Source of the DNA: Malacoraja senta
Taxonomy: Eukaryota
DNA: 20,000 bases
Assembly: GCA_038087875.1 (NCBI GenBank)
Contig: JAXLNO010000335.1
Location: forward strand, 49,296 to 69,295
Reading direction: 5' to 3'
Shown here: positions 1 to 11,534 of the stretch, piece by piece
How positions within the stretch are numbered: the first letter of the stretch is position 1
Layout of the letters: every line of letters begins with the position of its first letter
Notes under the pieces: generated by a model
Database searches by the model: none
Told to the model about the DNA's origin: nothing
Seen by the model: the letters and a program-made list of their open reading frames with translations, nothing else
Made by a program: the position numbers and the translations under genes

Positions 1-212
1 AAGACAGATGTGTACAGCAATTCATTCTTCCCCCGCACAATTAAAGCATGGAATAATCTCCACCCTACCATAGTTACCCAACCAGATGCAACTAAATTTA
101 AGGTAGCTCTTTCTTCCCAAAAACCCTTTCTGGCTTAAGTCCTCCCTCCACCACCTCCAGTTTAAATTCCATTTGGAATATTTTGGAGGACCAAGAAACC
201 AAGAAACCAAGA
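1..212 (+). mobile_element. 3' end of a CR1/L2-superfamily LINE (ORF2 C-terminus, 3' UTR stem-loop, tandem tail)
   Basis: Frame 1 reads KTDVYSNSFFPRTIKAWNNL...KPFLA* (stop 136-138), an SFFPRTxxxWNxL LINE ORF2 terminus. GTCCTCC/GGAGGAC inverted pair at 139-145/185-191. (ACCAAGAA)n tail at 190-212. Confidence 0.75.
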
Positions 213-725
213 CAGGTACGGTAGGTCATTTAATAGTAATTTAGACAGGTGGTGAGGACTCCTTCCCATAGAAAAAAGCCCAGAGTCGACGGAAGAAAAG
301 CTTGTTGCGTAACGACGCAGATAAGTTTCTCTTTTGCTGGAGAGTTTCGTTTTCCCTCAGCTTATCTCGCCAACGCATGAATTGGCATTCAACTAACAAT
401 GTTATGTCCTACTCTCTGTTTCTGTTTCCTTGTCTGTCTCTCTGGGTCCTAGTGCCCGCTGCTGGCCTCCTGCATTTCAACAGCGCCTCTTGTATCTGCT
501 CCCCCCCACCCACCCACCCACCACCATTTAGACAGCACTCCCCAGGTCCCCATAACATACTGGGTATAAGGAAGGACTTTTCCTCGCTGGTCCCAAGTAG
601 TATCTGTGTCTCCTGTAAAGAATGAAAGGCGTTTACAATATGTTGAACACTGCAAGCCAGATAGTTGCACTTGATCTGATTTTTAACACAAAATAAGATC
701 ATTGCAAAGGTGATATTTGTCTTTC

Positions 726-798
726 AAAGGTACACAAAAATGCTGGAGAAACGCAGCGGGTGCAGCAGCATCTATGGAGCGAAGGAAATAGGCAACGT
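726..798 (-). repeat. Fragment of Penelope 3'/pLTR-derived repeat
   Basis: Near-identical reverse complement of about 5283-5353. Confidence 0.75.
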
Positions 799-1216
799 CT
801 TTCAACGCCGGGAAGGGGAAGCAGGAATTGAATGCGGAGGTTTCGTTCAGGATTCACCCCCCTCCCCCTGTGTTCAAGCAGTGTAACGCGGTTGGACACC
901 AGGACCCAGGAGATGACCTGACAGTCTGCAACCCGATTTAAAGGGGGCGGCTGCTCTGCTCGGAGGCAGTCGTGAGGCATCGCTGTTTTTGCAGAGGTGA
1001 GTGCACGAAGTTCTTCTCCACTCATCGCTATTCCTGCTCTCGGGATCTCACCTCTCTTTAACTTTCCTTCTCGCCACGAAAGCAAGCATCGCCTTTCAAA
1101 GAAAGCTACCAAAGATTAAGATCAATAAGATCTTTGAAATCTACTGCTCCTAAAAACAAATATCGACGTGGTTGCAATTCACCTGTGGGACTTGCACAGG
1201 CGACGTTATCTCTGCC

Positions 1217-1219
<3 letters not shown>

Positions 1220-1287
<68 letters not shown>

Positions 1288-1292
1288 CTCTC
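1220..1292. repeat. (CA)32 microsatellite followed by a short (CT)n
   Basis: Read directly from the sequence. Confidence 0.98.
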
Positions 1293-1526
1293 GTTCTCTC
1301 TCTGCACACATGCTGCCCGACCTGCTGCTGTGTCTGTTTTTTTTGGAGATTAAAGGGACTGCAGATGCTGGAATGTGGAGCGGTCTCCAAAAACACGCCA
1401 CAGGCTGCAGTAAGGTCTCGCCCAGTCGAGCAGCATCTGTGGCAGGAGGAAGGTGTAAAGTCGACGTTACAGGTTGAGTTTGTGATCGAGACTGGCTGGT
1501 GGATCAGAATGGGGAGGCCAATGGAA

Positions 1527-1726
1527 CCGGGGGGTGGAGAGAGGGAGGGGAGGAGAGGGGGGTAGGGAGGTAGTGAGGGGGATAGGGAAGAAGGAGAATG
1601 GGGTAGGGGAGAAGAGAGATATGGGGTAGGGAGGAAGAAGAGAGGGGGTTAGGGAGGAGGGAGAGAGGGGGGGGAGGAGAGGTGGACAGGGAGGGTGGAG
1701 GAGAGAGGGAGGGGGGGGGGAAGAGA
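1527..1726. repeat. G/A-rich polypurine low-complexity tract
   Basis: About 200 bp almost entirely G/A on the + strand, with many GGG+ runs. Confidence 0.9.
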
Positions 1727-1769
1727 TGATCAAAGGGCGAAGAAAACCAAGGCAGAGAGAGATGCAGTT

Positions 1770-1970
1770 AGTGTAGGAAGGACCTGCAGATACTGGTTTG
1801 CACTGTAGATAGACGCAAAATGCTGGAGTAACTTAACAAGTCAGGCAGCATCTCTGGGGGAAAGGAATAGGTGATGTTTCGGGTCGGTCTAGAAATGTTT
1901 CCTTTCCTCCGGAGATGCTGCCTGAGCTTCTGACTGACCTTCTGAGTTACTCCAGCATTTTGTGTTTGTC
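1770..1970. repeat. Penelope-tail-derived non-autonomous repeat in inverted arrangement
   Basis: AAAATGCTGGAGTAACT at about 1817 pairs with AGTTACTCCAGCATTTT at about 1945. Same motif family as 2680-2800 and 7240-7480. Confidence 0.65.
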
Positions 1971-2929
1971 ATAGGAGTCGCAGTTAGTTTGGTTTATAGT
2001 CACGTGTACCGAGGTGCAGGAAAATGTTCTTTTGTGGCGTGGTATCCAGTGAGTGGAACGGCTAGACAAGATTACAATCAAGTGTACAGATACAGGGTAA
2101 AGCAATTAACGTTTAGATGCTGGAATCCTGAGCAAAACTCAAAGTGTTGTAAGATCATAGCCAGTCAGGCAGCATCTGTGGTGGTTGGTTTTGGGGGGGG
2201 GGGGGGCGAGAGAGAGAATAGACAGCTTTGTGTGTCTGGACCCTCCATCAGTGTGAAGGGTCCTGATCCGAAATGGTGCCTGTCCCTTCACTGATGCCGA
2301 CTGACTTTGTGATTTTTCTCAAGAGCAAAACTGTGGTCAGTTGAGTGTGTGTGAGAAGACCAGGGGCGTGGGTTACCTGAAACTACCAAACTATCTGAAA
2401 TGTAATGTACAGAGGGATGGTGGGGTCCAAATCTGTAGCTCCCTGAAAGTAGCAACACAAGTGGATAGATGGAGCGATAATGAATGTTTAATGTGGATAA
2501 ATGTCAGGTATCAAAAACAGGAAGGCAGATTATTATCTAAATGGCGTCAAGTTGGGAAAAGGGGAAGTACAACGGGATCTGGGGGTCCTTGTTCAGCAGT
2601 CTCTTTCGGTGACCTGATACGTCAGTCAATGATGCCGGCAGTCACCGGAAAATATCGCCAAGTGGGACAGGCCCTTAAGGTGTGTAAGGAGGAACTGCAA
2701 ATGCTGGTTTACACCGAAGATAGACACAAAATGCTGGAGTAACTCAGCGGGGCAGGCAGCATCTCTGAAAAGAAAGAATGGATGCCGTTTTGGGATACAA
2801 GATGTTGTCATTCCAATTTGCTTTCTGGTCTCTCTGTAGCGGTGGTGAAGGCAGGAGGTAGACCAGTGGATATGTGAGCGGGAAGGAGAGTTTAGACAGA
2901 AGCTCGGGATAGAGGGCACTTAACACACA

Positions 2930-3505
2930 AGCCAAGCTATAGCAGGTGGAGCTGCTGCCTCTCACAGTGCCAGAGACCCGGGTTCCATCCCGACCTCAGG
3001 TGCTGCCTGTATGTGGACTTTGCATGTTCTCCCTAAGACTGTGTGGATATCCTCTGGATGCTCCGGTTTTCTTGCCCGCCTGCCAAGTGCCTGGCCTCTT
3101 GGCCCAGCGGTAGAGTTGCTGCCTTTACAGCACCAGAGACCCGGGTTTGATCGTGACTATCAGTGCTGTCTGTACGGAGTTTGTACGTTCTCTCCGTGAA
3201 CTGCGTGGGTTTTCTCCGAAATCTTCGGTTTCCTGCCGCACTCCAAAGACGTACAGGCTTGGTGTAAATATAAAAATTGTCCCCAGTGTATGTAGGGTGG
3301 CGTTATTGTGCGGGGATCGCTGGTCGATGCAGACTTGGTGGGCCACAGGGCCTGTTTCCACGCTGTATCTCTAAACTAAACTAAACTCTATAAATTGGCT
3401 CTCGTGTGTAGGGATTGAATGTGAAAGTGGGATAACTATACTATAGAACTACTGTGAACGGGTGATTGATGGTCAGCGTGGACTCTGAGCCAACGGGCCT
3501 GTTTC
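2930..3505 (+). mobile_element. Two nested tRNA-derived SINEs (HE1/V-SINE-like); inner copy about 3095-3388
   Basis: tRNA-like heads with box B (GGTTCCATCC, GGTTTGATC), central GCTCCGGTTT domain, CR1-like 3' end GGGCCTGTTTCC, and (CTAAA)n tail on the inner copy. The outer copy resumes after 3390. Confidence 0.75.
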
Positions 3506-3790
3506 ATAGAAACATAGAAAATAGGTGCAGGAGAAGGCCATTGGGCCCTTCGAGCCAGCACCCCCATTCATTGTGATCATGGCTGATCGTCCCCAATCAA
3601 TAACCTGTGCCTGCCTTCTCCCCATATCCCTTGATTCCACTAGCCCCTAGAGCTCTATCTAACTCTCTCTTAAATCCATCCAGTGACTTGGCCTCCACTG
3701 CCCTCTGTGGCAGGGAATTCCACACATTCACAACTCTCTGGGTGAAAAAGTTTTTTCTCACAGTCTTAAATGTCTTCCCCTTTATACTAA
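3506..3790 (-). mobile_element. 5'-truncated CR1 LINE 3' end
   Basis: Encodes FFTQRVVNVWNSLP...GYGEKAGTGY*; (CATAGAAA)n tail on the + strand. Confidence 0.88.
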
Positions 3791-4445
3791 GTTTCCTGGC
3801 TTTATCTTTCAAACAATCAATATAATTTATATGTATGTCATCTAAATGCAGGCCATATCATCTTATAATTCACTCTTATCACCACCTCCCCCTGAGCTGC
3901 AGGGAATACAGACTCTGTATCCCTCTGGTCATCTCCATCTAAATGTGTAGTCCTCAGAACTACTCCCAGTGTTACTGGAAACATTATTACATGGAGATAT
4001 TAGATATTGGCACAGGTGCACTGTGCCAATATCTCACGTGCACTGACATAGGCAACAGGTGCAGGAGTAGGCCATTCGGCACTTTGAGCCAGCACCCCCA
4101 TTCACTGTGATCATGGCTGATCATCCCCAATCAGTACCCCGTTCCTGCCTTCTCCCCATATCCCCTGATTCCGCTATCTTTAAGAGCCCTATCTAGCTTT
4201 CTCTTGAAAGCATCCAGAGAACCTGCCTCCATCGCCCTCTGAGGCAGAGAATTCCACAGACTCACAACTCTCTGTGAGAAAAAGTGTTTCCTCGTCTCCG
4301 TTCTAAATGGCTTACCCCTTATTCTTAAACCGTGGCCCCTGGTTCTGGACTCCCCCAACATCGGGAACATGTTTCCTGCCTCTAGCATGTCCAAACCCTT
4401 TATAATCATTCTTCAGGGAACGGGGGTTCCCCTCCTCCACCATAG

Positions 4446-5141
4446 ATGAGGCTCGCACCAGGGTCTCTGCCATACCCCGCAACACTGCTCTCTCTCCCCA
4501 TCCCCCCCACTCACAACAAAGGCAGAGTCCCCCTAGTCCTCACCTTTCACCCCACCAGCCGTCACATACAACAAGTGATCCTCCGTCAGTTTCGCCACCT
4601 CCAACGTGACCCCACCACTCGCCACATCTTCCCATCTCCCCCCATGTCTGCCTTCCGCAAAGACCGCTCCCTCCATAACTCCCTTGTCAATTCTTCCCTT
4701 CCCTCCCATACCACCCCCTCCCCTGGTACTTTCCCTTGCAATCGCAAGAGATGCAACACTTGTCCCTTCACCTCCCCCCTCCACTCCATTCAAGGACCCA
4801 AGCAGTCGTTCCAGGTGCGACAGAGGTTCACCTGCATCTCCTCCAACCTCATCTATTGCATTCGCTGCTCTAGATGCCAGCTGATCTACATCGGTGAGAC
4901 CAAGCGGAGGCTTGGCGATCGTTTCGCCGAACTCCTCCGGTCGGTCCGCAATAACCAACCTGAACGCCCGGTGGCTCAGCACTTCAACTCCCCCTCCCAT
5001 TCCGTATCTGACCTCTCTGTCCTGGGTCTCCTCCGTGGCCACAGCGAGCAACACCGTAAATTGGAGGAAATGCACCTCATATTCCGCTTGGGCAGTCTAC
5101 ATCCTGGGGGCCTCAACATTGAATTCTCCCAATTCTGCTAG
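4446..5141 (+). pseudogene. Penelope ORF C-terminus: Cys linker plus GIY-YIG endonuclease (RT missing)
   Basis: CNRKRCNTC, then NLIYCIRCSRCQLIYIGETKRRLGDRF, VAQHFN, RKLEE, GLN. The usual EH after RF reads EL. Confidence 0.88.
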
Positions 5142-5253
5142 CCCTTGCTGTCCCCTCCCCTTCATCAGCCATCTGGTTGTCTCCTCCCCTCCCCCAGCCC
5201 TCGGGCTCCTCCTCCGCCTTTGTCCTTTTTTCCTTTCTTCTCCCCACCCCCTA

Positions 5254-5292
5254 TCAGTCTGAAGAAGGGTTTCGGCCCGAAACGTTGCCTAT
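5254..5292 (+). ncRNA. Minimal hammerhead-ribozyme-like motif in the Penelope 3' repeat
   Basis: CTGAAGA (5259-5265), A, stem GGGT-TTCG-GCCC, GAAA (5279-5282), CGTT. Confidence 0.55.
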
Positions 5293-5669
5293 TTCCTTCG
5301 CTCCATAGATGCTGCTGCACCCGCTGAGTTTCTCCAGCATTTTTGTGTACCTTCGATTTTCCAGCATCTGCAGTTCCTTCTTTAACCCTTTATAATCTTA
5401 TATGTTTCAATAAGATGCCCTCTCATCCTTCTAAACTCCAGAGTGTACAAGCCCAGCCGCTCCATTCTCTCAGCATACGACAGTCCCGCCATCCCGGGAA
5501 TTAACCTTGTAAACTTATAACCTAGCGGTATGAATATTGATTTCTATAACTTGCATCCTCTTTCTCTCCGCCCCTCCCCCACCATAGTTGTCATACTAGT
5601 TTCACTGTCATCCTGCTGAGTTTCACTGTTTGTATGACGCATCGCCTTCCCCGCAGCCAACAATGGACA

Positions 5670-7080
5670 TAGATATATAGATACATAGAAAATAGGTGCA
5701 GGAGTAGGCCATTCGGCCCTTCGAGCCTGCACCGCCATTCAATATGATCATGGCTGATCATCCAACTCAGTATCCCGTACCTGCCTTCTCTCCATACCCA
5801 CTGATCCCTTTAGCCACAAGGGCCACATCTAACTCCCTCTTAAATATAGCCAATGAACTGGCCTCAACTACCCTCTGTGGCAGAGAGTTCCAGAGATTCA
5901 CCACTCTCTGTGTGAAAAAGTTTTTCTCATCTCGGTCTTAAAGGATTTCCCCCTTATCCTTAAGCTGTGACCCCTTGTCCTGGACTTCCCCAACATCGGG
6001 AACAATCTTCCTGCAGCCTGTCCAACCCCATAAGAATTTTGTACGTTTCTATAAGATCCCCTCTCAATCTCCTAAATTCTAGCGAGTATAAGCCAAGTCT
6101 ATCCAGTCTTTCTTCATATGAAAGTCCTGACATCCCAGGAATCAGTCTGGTGAACCTTCTCTGCACTCCCTCTATGGCTATAATGTCCTTCCTCAGATTT
6201 GGAGACCAAAACTGTACGCAATACTCCAGGTGTGGTCTCACCAAGACCCTGTACAACTGCAGTAGAACCTCCCTGCTCCTATACTCAAATCCTTTTGCTA
6301 TGAAAGCTAACATACCATTCGCTTTCTTCACTGCCTGCTGCACCTGCATGCCTACTTTCAATGACTGGTGTACCATGACACCCAGGTCTCGCTGCATCTC
6401 CCCATTTCCTAATCGGCCACCATTTAGATAATAGTCTGCTTTCCTGTTTTTGCCACCAAAGTGGATAACCTCACATTTATCCACATTATACTGCATCTGC
6501 CAAACATTTGCCCACTCACCCAGCCTATCCAAGTCACCTTGCAGTCTCCTAGCATCCTCCTCACAGCTAACACTGCCCCCCAGCTTAGTGTCATCCGCAA
6601 ACTTGGAGATGTTGCCTTCAATTCCCTCATCCAGTTCATTAATATAAATTGTAAATAGCTGGGGTCCCAGCACTGAGCCTTGCGGTACCCCACTAGTCAT
6701 TGCCTGCCATTGTGAAAAGGACCCGTTTACTCCTACTCTTTGCTTCCTGTTTGCCAGCCAGTTCTCTATCCACATCAATACTGAACCCCCAATACCATGT
6801 GCTTTAAGTTTGTATACTAATCTCTTATGTGGTACCTTGTCGAAAGCCTTCTGAAAGTCCAGATACAACACATCTACTGGTTCTCCCCTATCCACTCTAC
6901 TAGTTACATCCTCGAAAAATTCTATAAGATACGTGAGACATGATTTACCTTTCGTAAATCCATGCTGACTTTGTCCAATGATTTCACCACTTTCCAAATG
7001 TGCTGCTATCCCATCTTTAATAACTGACTCTAGCAGTTTCCCCACTACCGATGTTAGACTAACTGGTCTGTAATTCACCG
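5670..7080 (-). mobile_element. 5'-truncated CR1 LINE with uninterrupted RT segment
   Basis: ORF 5960-7153 has NYRPVSLTS, YLDFQKAFDKV, GVPQGSVLGP and FADD. TSD TGGACA at 5664-5669 and 7081-7086. ATAGA-type tail at 5670-5695. Confidence 0.93.
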
Positions 7081-7086
7081 TGGACA

Positions 7087-7480
7087 ATGGTGGACTCCAC
7101 CTTTCCCTGGTTCTCACAGCTGGATTTGTTCTGTAATTTTGCATATCTTTCATTAATACGTTCTATGTACCTTTTCATATCTCTTGGTTCCCCCTCCCCT
7201 GACTCTCGGTCTGAAGAAGGGTCTCGACCCAAAACGTCACCTATTCCTTCTCTCCAGAGTGGCTGCCTGTCCCGCTGAGTTACTCCAGCATTTAGTGTCC
7301 ATCTTCAGTGTAAACCAGCACCTGCAGTTCCATCCTACACAATCACTTTATAGCAGAAAAAAAGAACTGCAGACGCTGTTGAATAAACCAAAGGACAAAG
7401 TGCTGGAGTAACTCAGTGGGCCAGGCAGCATCTCTGGAGAACGTGGATCGGTGACTTTTCGGGTCAGGACACTTCTTTAT
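7087..7480. repeat. Penelope-tail-derived non-autonomous repeats; 7087-7340 continues 5545-5669, and 7355-7480 is an inverted copy
   Basis: CTGAAGAAGGGTCTCGACCC...GAGTTACTCCAGCA...CTGCAGTTC motif, followed by its reverse complement. Confidence 0.7.
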
Positions 7481-7509
7481 ATTGTAGGGCGGAGAACAAA
7501 CCTGGAAAT

Positions 7510-7815
7510 TCATGAGTACAAGAGGTAGTGCAGAAGAGAAAATAAACAGAATGAATACAATGTTAACAGCTCCAGAGAAAGTACAGAAAAAAAAGTGCAG
7601 CTGTCACAATGAGGTTGATTGGAGGATCAGAGATAACATGAGATGTCTGTGCAAGTGTGTGATTACAGTGGGCAAGAAGGTCTTGAATCTGAAGGTATGT
7701 TCTTTCCAGCCTCTGTATCTTCTGCCCTATTGGAAGAGTGGAGAATAGAGAATGACCAATGGTTGTCTGTAATGTTGGCTGCTTTCCCATGGCAGCGGGG
7801 AGTACAGATGGGGTT
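7510..7815 (-). mobile_element. Degenerate Rex1/Babar-like LINE 3' fragment
   Basis: Similar to 8200-8345 and 18945-19100 (HSLFSTLPIG-type sequence). Confidence 0.5.
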
Positions 7816-8079
7816 GATTGGGGGAAGGAGCGGTCACAAGTTCGAGGAGCAGAATTAGGGAATTTGGCCCATCAAGTCCATTGTTGACATTCCATAGTAG
7901 GCAAATCTGACTTGTCCCGAAGAATGAGAACTCTCTTCATATTGGAAGTTGTGGAGGACCCAAGAAAATAGAGGTGGGGGGCTGACTGGTAGTGGGGGGC
8001 TGACTGGTAGTGGGGGGTGGGGGGGAGTTGATGCTTTCGCTTTCAAATGCAATGGGGTAGCATCTGAGGAAAACCAACA

Positions 8080-8625
8080 GTGTGCAGCAAAGAATGTCAC
8101 TGCGGAGAAAGTGCAGATTTAAAAAAATGTGCAAGGGTGGCAATAAGGCAGGTTGGAGGGCCGGGACTGCACCTTGGCTTGTTCAATAGTCTGATGGCAG
8201 AGGGGAAGAAGCTTTTCCTGAATCTGGTAGTACATGCTTTTGCAACTTCTGCCCGACGGGAGTGGGGAGAAGAGGGCATGACGGGGGTGTGAGTGGTCTT
8301 TGATTATGTTGGCTGCTTTCCCGAGGCAGCGTGAAGTGTACATGGAGTCGATGGCGGGGAGTCTGGTCTGTGTGATGGACTGGGCTACATCCACAACTCA
8401 CTGCAATTTCTTGCGGTCTTGGGCAGAGCTGTTGCCAAACCAAGCTGTGATGCATTCCAGATGCGTAAGATGCTTGTAAGATGCTTTCCACAATGTGTCT
8501 GTAGAAATCGGTTAGAGTTGTTGGAGACATGCCAAACTTCCTCGGCATTCTCGGGTAAAGGCGTTGGTGTGCTTTCTTGTCAGTGTCAGTGTGTTTGGAC
8601 CAGGACAACTTTGTCGGTGATATTT
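8080..8625 (-). mobile_element. Rex1/Babar-like LINE 3' fragment
   Basis: Frameshifted peptides KKAHQRLY, TDFYRHIVESIL, KAANIIKDHSHPRHALFSPLPSGR and TTRFRKSFFPSAIRLLN. Confidence 0.75.
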
Positions 8626-8699
8626 TCCTCTTGCTGTTTAGTTAATATCATTGTTTCAGAAGAGGGGTCATGTGTAACTTCCACAGATGTACAATGGAG

Positions 8700-8961
8700 C
8701 GACCTGGTGGTGCAGCGGTAGAGTTGCTGCCTCACAGCACTGGAGACCCGGGTTCAATCCTGACCACGTAGGTTTGCACCAGGTGCTCCGGTTTCCTCCC
8801 ACGCTCCAAAGACGTAAAGGTTTGTAGGTTAATTGACTTGGGTATAATTGTAAATTGTCCCTAGTGTGTGGAGGATAGTGTTAGTGTGTGGGGAGCGCTG
8901 GTCGGTGCGGACTCAGTTGGCCGAAGGGCCTGTTTCCACACTGTATCTCCAAACTAAACTA
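8700..8961 (+). mobile_element. tRNA-derived SINE (HE1/V-SINE-like)
   Basis: Box A-like GGTGCAGCGG, box B GGTTCAATCC, GGTGCTCCGGTTTCCTCCCAC domain, CR1-like 3' end and (AAACT)n tail. Confidence 0.82.
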
Positions 8962-10752
8962 GAGAGTAGACAAAAATTGCTGGAGAAACTCAGCGGGTGA
9001 GGGTCTCGACCCGAAATGTTGCCAATTCCTTCTCTCCATAGATGCTGCCTCACCCGCTGAGTTTCTCCAGCAATTTTATAGACAATAGACAATAGGTGCA
9101 GGAGTAGGCCATTCGGCTCTTCGAGCCAACACCACCATTCAATGTGATCATGGCTAATCATCCCCAATCAGTACCCCGTTCCTGCCTCCTCCCCATATCC
9201 CTTGACTATTTTTAAGAGCCCTATCTAGCTCTCAAAAGTATCCAGAGAACCGGCCTCCACCGCCCTCTGAGGCAGAGAATTCCACAGACTCACAACTCTC
9301 TGTGAGGAAAAAGTGTTTCGTCATCTCCGTTCTAAATGGCTTACTCCTTATTCTTAAACTATGGCCCCTGGTTCTGGACTCCCCCAACATCGGGAACATG
9401 TTTCCTGCCTCTAGTGTCCCTAAACCCTGAGCAATCTTATATGTTTCAATAAGATCACCTCTCATCCTTCTAAACTCCAGAGTGTACAAGCCCAGCCACT
9501 CCATTCTCTCAGCATATGACAGTCCCGCCATCCCGGGAATTAATCTTGTAAACCTACGCTGCACTCCCTCAATAGCAAGAATGTCCTTCCTCAAATTAGG
9601 GGACCAAAACTGCACACAATACTCCAGGTGTGGTCTCACTAGGGCTCTGTACAACTGCAGAAGGACCTCTTTGCTCCTATACTCGACTCCTCTTGTTATA
9701 AAGGCCAACATGCCATTCGCTTTCTTCACTGCCTGCTGTACCTGCATGCTTACTTTCATAGACTGATGAACAAGGACCCCCAGATCCCATTGTACTTCCC
9801 CTTTTCCCAACTTTATGCCATTTAGATAGTAATCTGCCTTCCTGTTTTTGATACCAAAGTGGATAACATCACATTTATCCACATGAAAATTCATCTGCCA
9901 TGCATCTGCCCACTCCCCCAACCTGTCCAAGTCGCATTCTCATAGCATCCTCCTCACAATTCACACTGCTACCCAGCTTTGTGTCATCTGCAAATTTGCT
10001 AATGTTACTTTGAATCCCTTCATCCAAATCATTGATGTATATTGTAAATAGCTGCGGTCCCAGCACCGAGCCTTGCGGAATCCCACTAGTCACTGCCTGC
10101 CATTCTGAAAGGGACCCGTTAATCCCTACTCTTTGTTTTCTGTCTGCCAGCCAATTTTCTATCCATGTCAGCACTCTACCCCCAATACCATGTGCCCTAA
10201 TTTTGCCCAGTTATCTCCTATGTGGGACATTATCAAATGCTTTCTGAAAGTCCAGGTACACTACATCCACTGACTCTCCCTTGTCCATTTTCCTAGTTAC
10301 ATCCTCAAAAAATTCCAGATGATTAGTCAAGCATGATATCCCCTTCGTAAATCCATGCTGACTCGGACCGATCCTGTTACTGCTATCCAATTGTGCGGCT
10401 ATTTCATCTTTTATAATTGAATCCAGCATCTTCCCCACCACCGATGTCAGGCTAACTGGTCTATAATTCCCCGTTTTCTCTCTCCCGCTTTTCTTAAAAA
10501 GTGGTATAACATTAACTACCCTCCAATCCACAGGAACTGATCCTGAGTCTATAGAACATTGGAAAATTATTACCAATGCATTCACGATTTCTAGAGCCAC
10601 TTCCTTAAGTACCCTGGGATGCAGACCATCAGGCCCTGGGGATTTATCAGCCTTCAGTCCCATCAGTCTACCCAACAACATTTCCTGCCTAATGTGGATT
10701 TCCTTCAGTTCCTCTGTCACCCCAGATCCTCTGGCCACTACTATATCAGGAA

Positions 10753-10796
10753 ACATAGAAACATAGAAACATAGAAAATGGGTGCAGGAGTAGGAA
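10753..10796 (-). mobile_element. 44-bp CR1 tail-only insertion
   Basis: (AAACATAG)3 plus GGTGCAGGAGTAGG, with AGGAA repeated at 10748-10752 and 10792-10796. Confidence 0.75.
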
Positions 10797-11534
10797 GATT
10801 GTGTCTTCCTTAGTGAAGACGGATCCAAAGTACCTGTTCAACTCATCTGCCATTTTCCTTGTTCCCCATAATAAATTCACCTTTTTCAGTCTTCAAGGGT
10901 CCAACTTTGGTCTTAACTAATTTTTTCCTCTTCACATACCTAAAGAAGTTTTTACAATCCTCTTTTATATTCTTGGCTAGCTTACCTCATCTTTTCTCCC
11001 TGTATTGCCTTTTTAGTTATCTTCTGTTGCTCTTTAAACATTACCCAATCCTCTTGCTTCCTGCTCATCTTTGCTACGTTGTACTTCTTCTCTTTTATTT
11101 TTATACTGTCCCTGATGTCCCTTGTCAGCCACGGTCACCCCTTACTCCCCTTGGAATCTTTCTTCCTCTTTGGAATGAACTGATCCTGCACCTTCTGTAT
11201 TATTCCTAGAAATACCTGCCATTGTTGTTCCACTGTCATCCCTGCAAGGGTATCTTTCCAGTCAACTTTGGCCAGCTCCTCCCTCATGGCCCCATAATTC
11301 CCTTTATTCAACTGTAACACTGACACCTCCAACTACCCTTCTCCACCTCCAATTGTAGATTAAACCTGACCATGTTATGGTCACTGCCTCCTAATGGCTC
11401 ATTAACCTCGAGGTCCTTTACCAAATCCGGTTCATTACATAACACTAAATTCAGAATTGCCTTCTCCTGGGTAGGCTCCAATACAAGCTGTTCTCAGAAT
11501 CCATCCCGAAGGCACTCTACAAAGTCCCTTTCTT

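Larger units (their letters stand above)
4408..5383 (+). mobile_element. 5'-truncated Penelope-like element with 14-bp TSD
   Basis: AACCCTTTATAATC occurs at 4394-4407 and 5384-5397. Contains a GIY-YIG ORF and pLTR-like tail. Confidence 0.9.
4046..5517 (-). mobile_element. 5'-truncated CR1 LINE (4046-4407 plus 5384-5517) split by a Penelope insertion
   Basis: ORF 4131-4409 is the CR1 ORF2 C-terminus. The sequence resumes after 5397, matching 9435-9550. Confidence 0.88.

Noticed and set aside
699..1112. 137-aa minus-strand ORF as a complete gene
   Set aside because: Its C-terminal part runs into a Penelope-derived repeat and shows no recognisable homology.
1106..1733. ORFs with (TH)n, (CV)n or Pro/Ser-rich translations
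   Set aside because: Artefacts of the CA microsatellite and the polypurine tract.
5967..6693. Antisense and alternate-frame ORFs over the CR1 RT (also 9482-9766, 12403-12863, 4533-5075)
   Set aside because: Shadow ORFs of transposon coding sequence.
8700..8765. tRNA gene
   Set aside because: Box A/B belong to a SINE head; there is no full cloverleaf, and SINE body and tail follow.
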